From: Diplonema japonicum
Taxonomy: Eukaryota; Protista; Euglenozoa: Diplonemea
Assembly (NCBI GenBank): GCA_964019335.1
Contig: OZ025717.1
Coordinates: 124,001-188,000 of the forward strand
Direction: 5' to 3'
DNA length: 64,000 nt
In this document: positions 1 through 11,688 of the stretch, in pieces
How the letters are laid out: the number at the start of each line of letters is the position of its first letter
Numbering within the stretch: position 1 is the stretch's first letter
Made by a program: the position numbers and the translations under genes
The notes under the pieces: model-generated
Told to the model about the DNA's origin: nothing
Seen by the model: the letters and a program-made list of their open reading frames with translations, nothing else
The model's database searches: none

Positions 1-1665
1 TGTCGTCAATGCATCGAACAGGATGTCGTGTTGAGGGCACACGCCAAGCACTTGCTGCAGGGCCTCTGTGTTGTTCGCCTTACCTGCGTAGTAGATGCTG
101 CCCGACGTGGCAGGCATGCTACCGGTGATGATGGAGATGGTGCATGTCTTTCCTGCTCCGTTGTGTCCGAGCAAAGAGAGGACTTCTCCAGGGTAGATGT
201 CAAGGCTCACATCCTTCACCGCGGTGATGGCAGGAAACTGTTTATGGATGTTCCTGGCAGAGAGGACGGCCCCCGCCGCGTAAGTACCCGATTCCTCGTC
301 GGACAGCGTCTTCTGGCGCACGAAAGGGAAATTCCATGGCAAGGAGTTCCCCAGAACGGCGGGCATGATGTGCTCAAGGTACCAAGTGAGGACCTCGTAC
401 AGCACGACGGACAGGAGTGCGATCCACATGGCCCCCCCTACTGAGGGGTAGTTATTGACACGGGTGTAGAGGCTGTCCCACTTCAGCCCGTCATGCGTGT
501 TCTCGAGTTCCCAGATAGTCGTGATGAACACCGTCAGGAAGGACGACGGGAAGAAGCAAACCAAGAGACTGCCGCCTTCGTTCTCACCTTTCTGCACAGC
601 GAACATACCAAGCCCCACGCCACCGGCATACACGACAAGAGCGACAAGCGAGACGACCTTTGATCTGGTGAAGAACAGGGACAGAACACCCGAGAAGGAG
701 GTGGCCTGGATTATGAACAAGATGTTCACAAGAAAGACGACCCCCAAGTCAGACCCATAGAAAAGGCCCAAGGTCTGGTAGATGAACAGCGGGGGGAGGG
801 ATGCAATGCCAATAAGCACGATGTTCCTGAGGACGTAGACCATGCGGTAGGAAAGACCGTCAATGCCCATCGTCTGCAGGGACTGTCTGATACGGAGCTC
901 TCTATCACGCACCATGTTCCTTGAAGTGCTGACCAACACGATGATTAAAGAAATACCCCAGAAGGGAGGGCCCATTTTGGTCCAGGAGCCTTCTCTAGAC
1001 AGAGTATAGCGAGCTTTATTAGTATCACCGGCGGTGGACTGCGGGTACCGAACGAGGGTGGTGTTGAAGGAAACGGAGGAGAGTGACTCGGCGAGCTTGG
1101 TTTGCATGCTGAAGACTCCATAGTTGCTCATTCGCTTGGTCCAGGAACGGAGAAAAGAGGGAACAGTTGTGGGTTGAAAGGGCGAAGAGGCCATGTTCCC
1201 AACCTGAACTTGTATGTCATAGGTCACGAAATCATGGGCGTCCTTAGTCAGCACAAGGGTGTAGTCTGCTTGAAGGTCCGTCTTCCCGGCCTTGTACAGG
1301 TTGTCCTGCATTGTGCTGTAGTTGTTGTAGCGCATGCTTTGATCCTCTGCCTGCTTCGTGTCCCCGTCGTATAGAGAAACGATGATTTCGTGAAGTTCTG
1401 TGTCCGTGAAACCAGTAGCGAGGTACCATAACTTGTCAGTGGTTGTGCTGTCGTCCCCAGTGTCCTGGCTTTTCCAGTCACGGAAAGCATACTCTTCATA
1501 CTCGTTAGCGGTGTCCGGTATGCCTGCCAGGTACACGGCAATGATCATGCAGGTCATCATGCTTGGCACGCACCATGTGAAGAACACGCTCCACTTTCCC
1601 CTCCACATCTTCTTCAGTTCCTTGAACCAGAAGAGAAACACAATCTTCTGCAATATGTTAGGCAT
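1..1665 (-). CDS. ABCA-subfamily ABC transporter, N-terminal part (runs off the left edge)
   Basis: Manual translation from ATG at 1665 (MPNILQKIVFLFWFKELKK...): TM1, a large exoplasmic loop, further TMs, then an NBD with Walker A LLGHNGAGKT and the ABCA-typical GVCPQHDILFDALT. Absent from the ORF track because no stop lies in the window. Confidence 0.9.
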   Translation of the reverse strand, partial: MPNILQKIVFLFWFKELKKMWRGKWSVFFTWCVPSMMTCMIIAVYLAGIPDTANEYEEYAFRDWKSQDTGDDSTTTDKLWYLATGFTDTELHEIIVSLYDGDTKQAEDQSMRYNNYSTMQDNLYKAGKTDLQADYTLVLTKDAHDFVTYDIQVQVGNMASSPFQPTTVPSFLRSWTKRMSNYGVFSMQTKLAESLSSVSFNTTLVRYPQSTAGDTNKARYTLSREGSWTKMGPPFWGISLIIVLVSTSRNMVRDRELRIRQSLQTMGIDGLSYRMVYVLRNIVLIGIASLPPLFIYQTLGLFYGSDLGVVFLVNILFIIQATSFSGVLSLFFTRSKVVSLVALVVYAGGVGLGMFAVQKGENEGGSLLVCFFPSSFLTVFITTIWELENTHDGLKWDSLYTRVNNYPSVGGAMWIALLSVVLYEVLTWYLEHIMPAVLGNSLPWNFPFVRQKTLSDEESGTYAAGAVLSARNIHKQFPAITAVKDVSLDIYPGEVLSLLGHNGAGKTCTISIITGSMPATSGSIYYAGKANNTEALQQVLGVCPQHDILFDALTT

Positions 1666-2021
1666 TTTCTTTTTGTTCTCCAGGATGGTTCCTTATTTCT
1701 TCTTTTTTTTTTACCTTTTTTTTTTAGACCTGATTTTCAAAGAGAAAAAAAAGAAAAAGAATGCAAAAAACAATAATAAAAATAAAGGAGGCCGGTGTTG
1801 GCGGCGCCCTGCACAAGAACTGTCTACAAAAAAAGAAAAGCTGAAAAGAGAAGGCAGGGGGGAACACACACCAAAAAAAAAAAAAAACCTATCCCCTCTC
1901 CCCCCATTCTTCTTCTTCCCGCTTGTGTCTACACAATTATTTTAAAAGCTCTTTTAAAAAAATATGTCAGTACCCCCCCCCCCCCCCCATCGGTCGAGCA
2001 ACAAAAAAAATAGTGCGACAG

Positions 2022-2061
<40 letters not shown>

Positions 2062-2076
2062 GGGTATTCTCACGAA

Positions 2077-2667
2077 CTAAGCGTGAAGCGTGCCCTTGGT
2101 GGAGGGAACACCTGCAGAGGCGTCGCGGGTAAGTGCCTTTCGAAGGGCGACGGCAGTGGCCTTGAAGGCAGACTCAGCGCGGTGGTGGTCATTGAAGCCT
2201 TTCAAGCAATCGACGTGGAGGGTGATACGTGCTTCAGAGGCGAAGGACTCCAGCACGTGCGGGACCATCTCACAGGAGAGCGTCCCGAGCATCTCACGCT
2301 TGAGGCCGAGGTCGATGCTGGCGTGGGGTCTGCCAGATATGTCGACCACTGCACGAGATAGCGCCTCATCGAGAGGACAGTACGCGTGGCCATAGCGCTC
2401 GATGCCCTTGGGCTCGCCCACAGCCTGCTTGAAAGCTTGCCCCAAAGACAGGCCGCAGTCCTCAGCAGTGTGGTGGTCATCTATGTGTAAGTCACCTTTG
2501 CATTTTATCTTCAAGTTCATCCTGCTGTGCTTAGCCAGCGCGCTCAGCATGTGATCTAAAAACCCAATCCCTGTGTCAATATCGTGCGTTCCATCGCCAT
2601 CGATGTCCAACTCCACCAAAATCGAAGTTTCTTTCGTCTCTCGCTGTACCCTTCCTACTCGGGACAT
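2077..2667 (-). CDS. HIS3: Imidazoleglycerol-phosphate dehydratase (His biosynthesis), monofunctional
   Basis: [18 protein letters not shown] and the metal-binding motifs DDHHTAED and NDHHRAES; C-terminal PSTKGTL. True start is MSRVGR at 2667; the upstream Lys-rich part of the ORF is translated A-tract. Confidence 0.97.
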   Translation of the reverse strand: MSRVGRVQRETKETSILVELDIDGDGTHDIDTGIGFLDHMLSALAKHSRMNLKIKCKGDLHIDDHHTAEDCGLSLGQAFKQAVGEPKGIERYGHAYCPLDEALSRAVVDISGRPHASIDLGLKREMLGTLSCEMVPHVLESFASEARITLHVDCLKGFNDHHRAESAFKATAVALRKALTRDASAGVPSTKGTLHA

Positions 2668-3321
2668 TTTTGTTTTCTTTTTTTTTTCTCTTTTTTTGGG
2701 TTTGTCGATCGCAGGGAAAGAAAAGGGGGAAAAAAGACTTACACACCCCCTTTCTTTTTTTTTTTTGTTTCTTTCCGATTCCTTTTTTTTCTTCTTTTTC
2801 CTCGCTACTTTCAAAAAAAAAAAGTGAGCAAGAATGGAGGATCACTATGATGAGGGGGGGAAACGGTGTTAGTAATGACCCCACTTAACAGTAAATAGAA
2901 ATTTATAATAAAGAAAAAAAAACTCAAAGTACAGGACAAGCCCCCCGCTAGAGAGCCGCCCTAAGAAAAAAAAGAAATAATTAGAAACTACAACAAACTT
3001 TTTTTTTTCCTCCCAGTTGGGATCCCCTTTTGTTTCTTGGAGGGGGGGGGGGGGGGCATCCTTTTTGTTACCGAGGAGGAAAATGAAAGAAGTTTTTAAC
3101 GATAACGTTTCTTTCCCAATCCTTTTTTTCTCTTTTTTTTCCCCCCCGTCCGTCTCCTACCTCCGCCCCCAGCTTTTATTGGTTAGGTGAAAACAAACAA
3201 AAAAAAAAATACACATTTGCTGGCCCCGATGGATGAAGACCGATCGGTGGCGGAGGGAGAGGGTAGTCAGTTGTTATTCTTTCCTTATTTTCTCGCTTTT
3301 TTACTTTTTTTTTATTTTTTT

Positions 3322-4873
3322 TTACTCAGAGCTACATTTGTCGATGCCCCCAACCAACGTGTACGGCTGCAGCGTAACCTCTTCTGCAGTTCCGCTGATA
3401 CGTGTTTTGACATGATCACGGAGCCTTTTTTTTTTTTTTTTCTTTTTTTTTCTTCCCCCTCCCCCACAACCCATACCATTTAGGAAACTGCACAGAAGAC
3501 TTCGAGGTTGGTGTTTCGACCTCTAGGAGCAAGATGCCCGCTTGCTTGCAGTAGTCCAGTTGACACCATTGCATCTTGTAGCAGAAGCACCTCCGTTTAA
3601 TCTATCGCAAAGAAAGAGAATTTTTTTTTAATTCCCCCTCACCCATTCATACATGAAGTGTCCTACTGTCGGCCATAGCTTGCGTTGATATCAGGTGGTC
3701 GTACTCCCTTTTAGTGATAATTGACTCTGTTGACCGAAGAGTAGTCTGCGCGGCGGCGGTAGTAGGTGGAGTGGACTGTGCCTGGGGACTGCAAATATGC
3801 GAAGAAGAGGACGACACGGAAGAGATGGAGGCGTTTACAGTAAAGCTCTGCCGTGTGGAGGTGGGCGACTTCACTTCGGGAGACAACAGCATCGTGTGCG
3901 GTGGGGATGGACATGACGGCAGCCAAAGCGGTGTCTTCGGGGTCAGCGGTGCAACCTGTTTCGTGCACTGCGCGAAGGAGTCCGCAGCACCAGGCTGCTT
4001 CCGCCGTATCCTTCTAACAAACGTGTTGGCCGTGCTCGTTGAGCCTTCCAAAAAGGTTATTTCAACGCTGAACTCCTCGAGGTAGCTGTGCACCCAGTTC
4101 CATTCACCTTGTTTAACTTTGTCGATAAACCCGATGTCCACCAAAAACTGCTGTTTGCACAGCATCGGCGACTGCACGCCGAGGAAATGACAAATCTCAC
4201 TCATAGCATGCTGGATCTTCTCCTCCATCCCGCCAGAATCGTTGACGATGACCTTGTGCATGGGGTGGCCTGACCATACCTCGCGAAGCCGGTTGTCTAA
4301 TCGAATGGCTTCCTCCTTGGGGAGGCCGGAGTGTATGTGGTACGCGTCGTAAGTAGCCTCAGCACCCTTGGCAGTTGTAGTGAGGTGCACCACTGCATCG
4401 TACCGGTTGAGGAGGTCTTCTTCTGTCAAATCCATGTCCTTTAGAATAGACTGCCACTTGTCTGGAGTGCAGTAGACAGCTGTGTCAAGCGTTCCTCTGT
4501 CGAACAAGATCACGGACGCTCGTTGGGATGCCACTGCGATCCTTATGAAGGCAGATTCGGTGACCATCTCCATTTTGAGCTTGTTCTTCACCCACGTTTC
4601 TTTTTGCCCGGATTCGTCGGAACACGCTGCAAAACCTACCCCAGCGGTGTTCATTGAGGATGACGTGTCTGGGAGGACGAAGACTTGCAGCCCCATCGAG
4701 CGTAGCCGCTCCGCGACTTGGCTCAAAGCTGTTGTCTTACCACCGTTCGGACCTCCCGTGAACAAGATTCTCTTTACCCTCCGAGACATGGGGGGAGGGA
4801 AGGGTACCATGTTGAGCCGCCCCTCGAGCTCCTCTTCTGTTAGCTCACTGCAGGTGTCATCGCTTTGCGACAT
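3322..4873 (-). CDS. P-loop NTPase (AAA_28/Ttd14-like) with a C-terminal CYTH-like region; 3 exons
   Basis: Motifs ILFTGGPNGGKTT, ILFDRGTLD, RYDAVVHL. Exons 4873-3653, 3601-3477, 3424-3322; GT-AG introns 3602-3652 and 3425-3476. Splicing gives ...TLH|IKRRCFCYKMQWCQLD...LLEVET...FPK/WLRDH...SSE*. Confidence 0.8.
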
Positions 4874-5024
4874 ATTGTATTTTTTTTTTTTCTCTCCCTC
4901 CCAAAAAAAAAAAAATATATAAATATGTATACCCCGCCGCCCTCCTGAGGCAGTTGGTAGACACAGTAGAGGTATGGTGCTTCCATGGAAAGAAAGAAAT
5001 TGGGGATGGAGGGAAGGGAACAAT

Positions 5025-5489
5025 TCACAGCCCAAGATCAAGGTCAAGATCATCTTTCGCAATTGTTGTTGTTGTTGCTGCTGCTTGTTTCGGCTTCACA
5101 GGAACAGGCATATCTTGGACGTTCTGCAAGGCTGTCTCGACACGTTTTTTAAGCATTTCCCATTTTCCTCTCCGCTGCCCGAAGGCAAGCTTTTCATCCC
5201 ACAGATTGTTTACTTTCTCTTTCAGCCAATCAAGGTCCTTGTTAGAGAATTCTGGCTCTGGGATTCCCTTGAGCCTCTCGTTTCTAATGTCCTTGAGGCT
5301 TGCTTCTACTTCGTCTACCACAGCTATCACCTTCGTGTCTCCTATTGCCACATACGGTGCTGCTTCCGTTTTTATCCTCCTCACCATTTCCTCGATCTCT
5401 TCCATGTTGAATCTTTCCTCCTCCAGCCACTCCTTCCTCTTCTCCATCTGCTCTGCATAACGGTTCCGGAATTTCGTTAACTCGTTCAT
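5025..5489 (-). CDS. Hypothetical helical/coiled-coil protein, 154 aa
   Basis: Open frame MNELTKFRNRY...DLDLGL with coding-like composition, starting after an A-rich leader; same strand as its neighbours. Confidence 0.7.
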   Translation of the reverse strand: MNELTKFRNRYAEQMEKRKEWLEEERFNMEEIEEMVRRIKTEAAPYVAIGDTKVIAVVDEVEASLKDIRNERLKGIPEPEFSNKDLDWLKEKVNNLWDEKLAFGQRRGKWEMLKKRVETALQNVQDMPVPVKPKQAAATTTTIAKDDLDLDLGL

Positions 5490-5565
5490 TTTCTTTTTTT
5501 TTGTGGTCCACCTTTTTGTTGAGATTATATTTGTATTGCAATATAATTTAAATACCAATTTCGCA

Positions 5566-5657
5566 TCCCGACCACCTGTCAGTCTGTCAGTCTTTCTGGT
5601 ACAGACATATCGAGCAGTTCACCAGTGAAACCCAAACAGTCAAACAGTTAGCGGGGA
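5566..5657 (-). other. Long imperfect RNA hairpin (intergenic)
   Basis: Arms pair on the minus strand with several G-U pairs; both arms carry an 8-nt tandem duplication. Confidence 0.45.
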
Positions 5658-6337
5658 GATAAATAGAAATCGATAAACATCCTCCTGCTCTCACTTCCTA
5701 CCTTTTCTTTTTCCCCCCCTTCTTCTTTCACCTGCACAGATTTCTGCCTCGGCCGCTAGGTGCAGTTTGTTAAATAATGGTTGCATTTTTTCTTCTTTTT
5801 TTTTTTTATAGCACGGTCAAAGTTTCTTCTTCTCGTTCTTTCTTTCCGTTTCACAAAAAAAAAAAGAAAAAATGTCTCTGTGTTTTCGGTGGGGGGGACG
5901 ACCCCTGCACTTCAGTTTGACTGCAAAGGGGAGAAAAGCAAAGCCCGATAGTACTAGGATCTCTAGTATTTCGGGAGGGGGGAAAAATATTAAGGCAGAG
6001 AGGAGAATCGCGGGAAGAGGAAAAAAAAACTCAAAGTAACAAAAAAACAAAAAAGAAAAAAAGACAATCCCACTTGAGTATACGTCTTTGAGAAAGAAAT
6101 GAAACAAAAAAAAAAAACAAAAAAAAAACCAAAAAGAGGGGAAAATAAGAGACCCCAACCCAATCTTCCCTTCTTATCTTTTTTGTTTTTTTTTTTATTA
6201 AAAACTTCTTTGGGCCTCTTTTACTTCCCCTGTTCTTTTTATTCCGTATGTACAGCTGTAATGAGGGAGGAAAGAGGGAAATATAAAAAAAAAAAAAAAA
6301 AAACGAAACGAATCAAAAAAAAAAAAAGAAAAAAAAA

Positions 6338-7438
6338 CTAGGGATACATAGGTAGAAAAGTGAAAATAACAGAAAGCAAGTCATCCGGCAGGCGACCGGC
6401 AACGGGAGTACGGGGAGTGCGCTGGCAAAGCATCACAGTGTATATAGTTGAGCGAAGTGCTGAAGGGCCCTCATGATGGTTGGTTGAAGACCAGTACCAC
6501 AAAGTGTACAAGGCCACCGTTGGGGTAGCCCATTTATAAGCATCATCGTACACCACACCACCCCGCTGAAGCAGCATCCATATCACGGAAGTCCGGAAAA
6601 TGTCGCAAGATGTCCAAAAACGAAGCTCGCCCTTCGTAACCAAAAGCGCTCCCTTACGAAGCAAGGGTGGTCGGATACCGCCTTTAATCTTCGCACAGTT
6701 GGGATGCACCGGGTTCACCTGAATTTTCTTCTTCTTGTCTATCAAATATTCCTTTACCTTATAGTAAAACACAGGAGGAATGTTATGTGCGGAACAAGCA
6801 TTGCGCTCAACAATGTCCAACTGTTTGATATAAGGACACGAAGACACATCTAGGTATTTTTCCCAAGAGGGCGGCACGCTGGACAGGCATGACAGGGAGA
6901 TGACCCACGCTTCTAGTTCTTGGATGGTCAGAGCTTCCAGGGTGAGATCTGTGGTCAGAACCTTGTTTTTCTTCCCGTTTTGCGTTTCTTTGAACTTCAC
7001 GCGAAATGTTCGAAGGAGCGTGTTGTTCTCCGTCAGTGAGTTCTGCGTGATGCCCATGAGGGTGATTGACTCGATATCAGTGAGCTCTCGCGTCTCCTTG
7101 TTTTTGTCATCATCGTATGAAAGTTGAGTTTTGTCCAAGTACAGCATTAGTTGTCCCCCGTTTTGTCGGGTGAACACCGTTCCGTGGCTTGTGTATGTCA
7201 GCAGGTCATGCATTAGTGTTTTGGAGTCATAGACACCCATTAGATACACACGGTCTGCTTTTTCTGTTTCCGATTCGTTGTCCCCCATCACTGCCATGCC
7301 TGGTGCGTCGTGTCTCTCTCCTGTCAGCATGCAAAACAACCCCTTCCCACCGCATATTGAACATTCATTCTCAAATCTGTACTTCCCCGCTACTTTTATC
7401 GTGCGTATCCCGTTTGCTGTACTCGCAGTGCATCCCAT
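6338..7438 (-). CDS. Putatively dual-acylated protein with PH-like and SWIRM-like regions
   Basis: N-terminal MGCTAS; PH-type terminal helix LTLEALTIQELEAWVISL; ERNACSAHNIPPVFYYKVKEYLI...CDIFRTSVIWMLLQRGG resembles the Ada2 SWIRM fold. Confidence 0.7.
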   Translation of the reverse strand: MGCTASTANGIRTIKVAGKYRFENECSICGGKGLFCMLTGERHDAPGMAVMGDNESETEKADRVYLMGVYDSKTLMHDLLTYTSHGTVFTRQNGGQLMLYLDKTQLSYDDDKNKETRELTDIESITLMGITQNSLTENNTLLRTFRVKFKETQNGKKNKVLTTDLTLEALTIQELEAWVISLSCLSSVPPSWEKYLDVSSCPYIKQLDIVERNACSAHNIPPVFYYKVKEYLIDKKKKIQVNPVHPNCAKIKGGIRPPLLRKGALLVTKGELRFWTSCDIFRTSVIWMLLQRGGVVYDDAYKWATPTVALYTLWYWSSTNHHEGPSALRSTIYTVMLCQRTPRTPVAGRLPDDLLSVIFTFLPMYP

Positions 7439-7447
7439 GAAAGCATC

Positions 7448-7482
<35 letters not shown>

Positions 7483-7610
7483 TATTATTATTATGTAAGT
7501 ACGAGAGAGAGGAGAAGATGAAAAAGGATTGTTATTACACAGAAAAAGCCTTTCTCTTTTTTTTTTTTTTTTTGCTTTTGGTTTCGATGTAAATCGGCGC
7601 CGATGCAAAA

Positions 7611-9668
7611 TCATTTCTTCTCCGTCTCACCATCGCCGTCGAGCGGGTTCAACCGGAACCGCCCGGCGATATTCACGATCTCTGTTGTGGAGAGTAACGT
7701 GCTTGTTTTTGTGCCGAACCACATGTTCGGGGTGATCTGTCTGCTGTGCCCCGACATCTCCTTCCCGCCAGATTCCAGCACTTCTTGAAAACTTTTCCGT
7801 GAAGAAACGTGGACTAAGGGTTGGATGATGTGGAGGGCCTCCCTTACCGACAGCTCCTCGGAGCTGGACTTCGTTGAGGCAAGATCGAGGAGGAGGGACG
7901 ACATGTTGGATAAAGTGTCATCATGTTCAAAGATAATTTGTCTTTTGTACTCCTGCATGAACAGGGACTTTGCGTCATGGAGAGACGCCCTGTCAATGGT
8001 GGTGGTCCCGCTTGTTTCGCACAGTCGCGTGGCCGCCAGGACCAACAACCTCCTTCGTACCTTAGTCTTTTTGTGGCAGTGTTCGTCCAGAACCGCCCGT
8101 ATTTCCTTCACCCCGATGCACTGTACTTTTTTTCCACCCTGTGTGGCTTCCTTTGCGATCAACGCCTGTCGCAGCCCCTCAACACTCTCCCGCATGTCTG
8201 CGAACACGGTCCTTGAAAGCGTTCCTTCCAAGTATCTCATGAAAATGCAGAAGTCAACATCTTCCAGACCGTATTTGAAAGCGGCGGCATGCAGCGAGTA
8301 AGAACTCTCCAAATATTGTTCTCGTAAATTGTACTTCCCGTGGAGGAACCGGTCGTACGCAGCCTCGGGGACTGTGGGTTGGTTCTCAGGGTCTGTGGCG
8401 TAGGCTACGGCGTCCTTCATCATCTGCCGGGCGTCTGAAATGGAGAGTTGCTTTACCCTTGCGTGCTGCACCCCTCGCGCACGGAGGTACGTGGGGACAA
8501 GGGTCCCGTCGGTGAGTCGTTCTTGGAAACAGGTGACCTTTTCCTTCTTCCGCCGAGACTCGACTTTTGACGACCATTTCCCGAGGGAGCCGTTCATGTT
8601 GTGGATGGTCACGACAGGTTTTGTCTTCGATGCCAAGGCTTCCAGGAACACGAGGTAGTGGTTGGACACCGTATCAGACCTTTTTAGTTGGGCAGCTGTG
8701 TTCGCCAACATGTTTTCCGTGAGCTGGAGCTTCTTAAACGTACCTGAGGAGTTGGTGGCTTGGGTTTCCAGGTATTTCAACTTTTTATCGAGGATCCTGT
8801 TGCTGGCGAGGGACTGCTCATACGCTTCCTGCCCTTGTAGGATCCTGTCCTCCAGATCTTCGATCTCAGTAAGCAACGCAAGGTCGTGGGAGTTCTTCCT
8901 CAGGAGGTCCGACCGCATGGCGTGCGACGTTGTTTTCAAGACTTCGATTTCAGCTGTCATTTTCAACAACAACTCACGAACCTCATCCTTTCCACCTATA
9001 GGGGCGGAACTCCCGGAGATGGGCTGGATAGCAGAGCATGGTCGCTTGGTACTGTGCATGAAAGATACGCATGTTTTGGGGTTTCCATGTTCAATGTTTA
9101 AAACCCCTGCTGCTGTGACAAGCATTTCTTGGAAGTTTTGTAGACTGTCGGTTAGGATGGCCGTGCTGTTGCGGAGTTCGGCTGTTTCCGTCTCTAGGAG
9201 ATGCTTCTGCCTCGTCAGCGATTCGGATTTATCGGAAAGTTTCACAACGGATTTCTTCAACTCCACGTTCTCCTTGCTCACCATCGTGAGGCACCCTGTC
9301 ACGATGCTCCCTGCCTGCGTGTCATAGTATGTTACAAGTTCTCTAACGATCCCTTTGAACTCGTTGTTTATAAGTTTTAGAAGTACCCTTACCGCTGGTA
9401 CCTTTTCACTCATCTTTTCCACGTTCATTTCTAGGTGTTTCATCCTTTCATAGATGTCCCGCAGGGGTTCGGGTGTTTTTACGTTTTCTGTGGAGTTTTG
9501 TTCGTTTTCGCCGGCTGCGATGTACTTCTCGGTCTCGGCACCACAGAGCGACGACCGCATCCCTTCTGCTAAAAACGCTGCTTTTGCCTCGTCGCCGGGT
9601 CTTCTTTTTACTGCGTAGGTGTCGTTCAAAGTTTCGTAGAAACTCAACTGTGGGAGCTTTGTCTTCAT
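7611..9668 (-). CDS. Coiled-coil protein, possibly TSNAXIP1-like
   Basis: 685-aa ORF with a long heptad region followed by VPTYLRARG...LSISDARQMMKD and DVDFCIFMRYLEGTL, reminiscent of TSNAXIP1-related protist proteins. The family call is tentative. Confidence 0.65.
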   Translation of the reverse strand: MKTKLPQLSFYETLNDTYAVKRRPGDEAKAAFLAEGMRSSLCGAETEKYIAAGENEQNSTENVKTPEPLRDIYERMKHLEMNVEKMSEKVPAVRVLLKLINNEFKGIVRELVTYYDTQAGSIVTGCLTMVSKENVELKKSVVKLSDKSESLTRQKHLLETETAELRNSTAILTDSLQNFQEMLVTAAGVLNIEHGNPKTCVSFMHSTKRPCSAIQPISGSSAPIGGKDEVRELLLKMTAEIEVLKTTSHAMRSDLLRKNSHDLALLTEIEDLEDRILQGQEAYEQSLASNRILDKKLKYLETQATNSSGTFKKLQLTENMLANTAAQLKRSDTVSNHYLVFLEALASKTKPVVTIHNMNGSLGKWSSKVESRRKKEKVTCFQERLTDGTLVPTYLRARGVQHARVKQLSISDARQMMKDAVAYATDPENQPTVPEAAYDRFLHGKYNLREQYLESSYSLHAAAFKYGLEDVDFCIFMRYLEGTLSRTVFADMRESVEGLRQALIAKEATQGGKKVQCIGVKEIRAVLDEHCHKKTKVRRRLLVLAATRLCETSGTTTIDRASLHDAKSLFMQEYKRQIIFEHDDTLSNMSSLLLDLASTKSSSEELSVREALHIIQPLVHVSSRKSFQEVLESGGKEMSGHSRQITPNMWFGTKTSTLLSTTEIVNIAGRFRLNPLDGDGETEKK

Positions 9669-9716
9669 TTTATTTTTTATTCGGGAGGGGGTGGTCCTTT
9701 TTCTTTTTTTTTTTAA

Positions 9717-11192
9717 CCCATAAAGGACCGGAGCTGAATATTCAGCTAAAAAACTTTTTTTTTAAATTCTGCTAAGGCATTTTTAGTGCTCTGCATGCCC
9801 ACTCTTTAAAGAGGGGCCTTATTGCGCGACTTTTTTTATACTGAACGCTATATCGCCGGTAAATTTTTGCTTCCAAACTGCAAGGGGAGAAAAAAAATAG
9901 TGGCACAGACATTGTTTTTTTTTACACCCCATAAGGAGTAGTGCCGAAAGTACTTCTGAAGAAGGGTCAGTGTCACCGGATGATGGGGATATCCCGGATA
10001 TGGAATGGGATGACAAAATCGAGAAGGTGGGGAGGAAAATATTTCGCAAGGTGCCAGGTCCAAGTGTACCAGTAGTGGGTCTCAATGGGCTGGAGGTTTT
10101 TCCTTTGTTTTTGATAGGGCGGCCCTCCAGCAGGGGGTTTGTCCTGTACTTTGAGTTGTTTTTCACTCCTGCGGCTCTAAAAGGCTATCGTGGGGTGGGC
10201 AGCAAGCCATTCGAGTGGTATAGAGGCCTTTGGATACTTACAGGGCTCATAATCAAGACAGATATCAAGGTCTACTGGGCACAGGATGAACTCACAGATA
10301 CCCCATATTCACAATATTACAGAACGGTAATGGAAAGAAACAGGCTCCTAAGAATAATGCGCCAAATGCGGTTTGGGTTGCCCGCTGGTGGAGGAGAAGG
10401 AGACAGAATGGCTAAAGGGCGCAATCTTATAAATCTTGTGCTTCTTGGTCATCCCTGTATGTACCCAAGCGATACCTTGCTGTGGATGAACCATCATACG
10501 CTGTAGAAGCCGTGTCGGGTTCATTGTTTGTGAGCCGAAGAAGAGGAAGCGTTATGGGTTCAAAATGCAAATCAGACACCGGTTACACTCTAAACATGAT
10601 TGTTTGTACCGGCGCGGGCACCCGGGGGAAAGAGGCAGAGCTGCTCACCGAATATCAGCACCAGAATTACTGGATTGTCTTTGACAACTGCTTTCGCTTG
10701 TCCCATTGTTGATACGGATTTACAATGCGGATTTCCACTGCATGGGGACCATCAGGAAAACCCGGAAATTGCTCCCAGAATACCCATTCAATATCAGCAA
10801 GTGTGAAAACCACTTGAAAATAGAAATACGTTTAAATTGGACAAGTCGCATATCTGCGGCACCTCGGACCTTGTGTTCAAAGAACGGCCATAAGTGGTGA
10901 AAAAGAAATAACCAGCCTACCCTGCACGCTGAATAAGCGCTGCTTGCCGAAACCATGGAACCTCCGGATAGCATGTGCCCTTTGCAAGAGTTGTTTCTCT
11001 CAAATGCTGCTCTACCACCAAAGTTTGGGCGCGTCTGGGGCTGAAATGCAGGCCGCTTCGCGTTCCAGAAATGGGGTAGTGAAAATAATATAGGTACACA
11101 CTCTCTAACTCCACCCTCGCCTTTTTATTTTGGTATTTGAACGAAAAGTTCAAAATCGACTTTTTAGACGAAAAATAGCGGTCCTTTATGGG
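9717..11192 (+). mobile_element. piggyBac DNA transposon, degenerate and non-autonomous
   Basis: TTAA at 9713-9716 and 11193-11196. Perfect 14-bp TIRs CCCATAAAGGACCG / CGGTCCTTTATGGG. Frameshifted transposase fragments: YWAQDELTDTPY...MERNRLLRIMRQMRF, VDE, IVFDNCF, GTIRKTRK. Confidence 0.92.
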
Positions 11193-11584
11193 TTAAAAGA
11201 TTTCGTTCTTTTTGTAACGATGAAATGAAAAAAGAGGCACAAAAAAAAAAAGGCCATATTTTTGATTTCTCTTCTTGTTCATCCCCTCCTGGGTTATGCT
11301 CCTTCTCTCTCTTTTTTTTTTTTTGGATATTCATCCCCCTGGTGAGGAGGAGTGGCTGGGGGAGGAGGGGGGGGGTTTGTCAGGAAGTTGTACGGGTGAA
11401 CAACTTGAGGGGATGAAAAGGAAAGAAAAGGAGATAAAAAAAGTGGGGGGGGGCAGTGGAAATATCAAACGAATCGAAAGAGACTGTTGCCAAAATAAAC
11501 CAATTTCGTCAGAAGGGCAGAATGAGAGGGAGAGAGAGAAAAGCAGAGTAGTCATTCTTACGGATATGCGAGCGTGCGGGAAGG

Positions 11585-11615
<31 letters not shown>

Positions 11616-11688
11616 CTTTTTTTTTTGTTACACACGCGGTGATCGAAGAAACGAAGAGAAAAAAAAAAAGAGAGAAAAAAAGGAGCAA

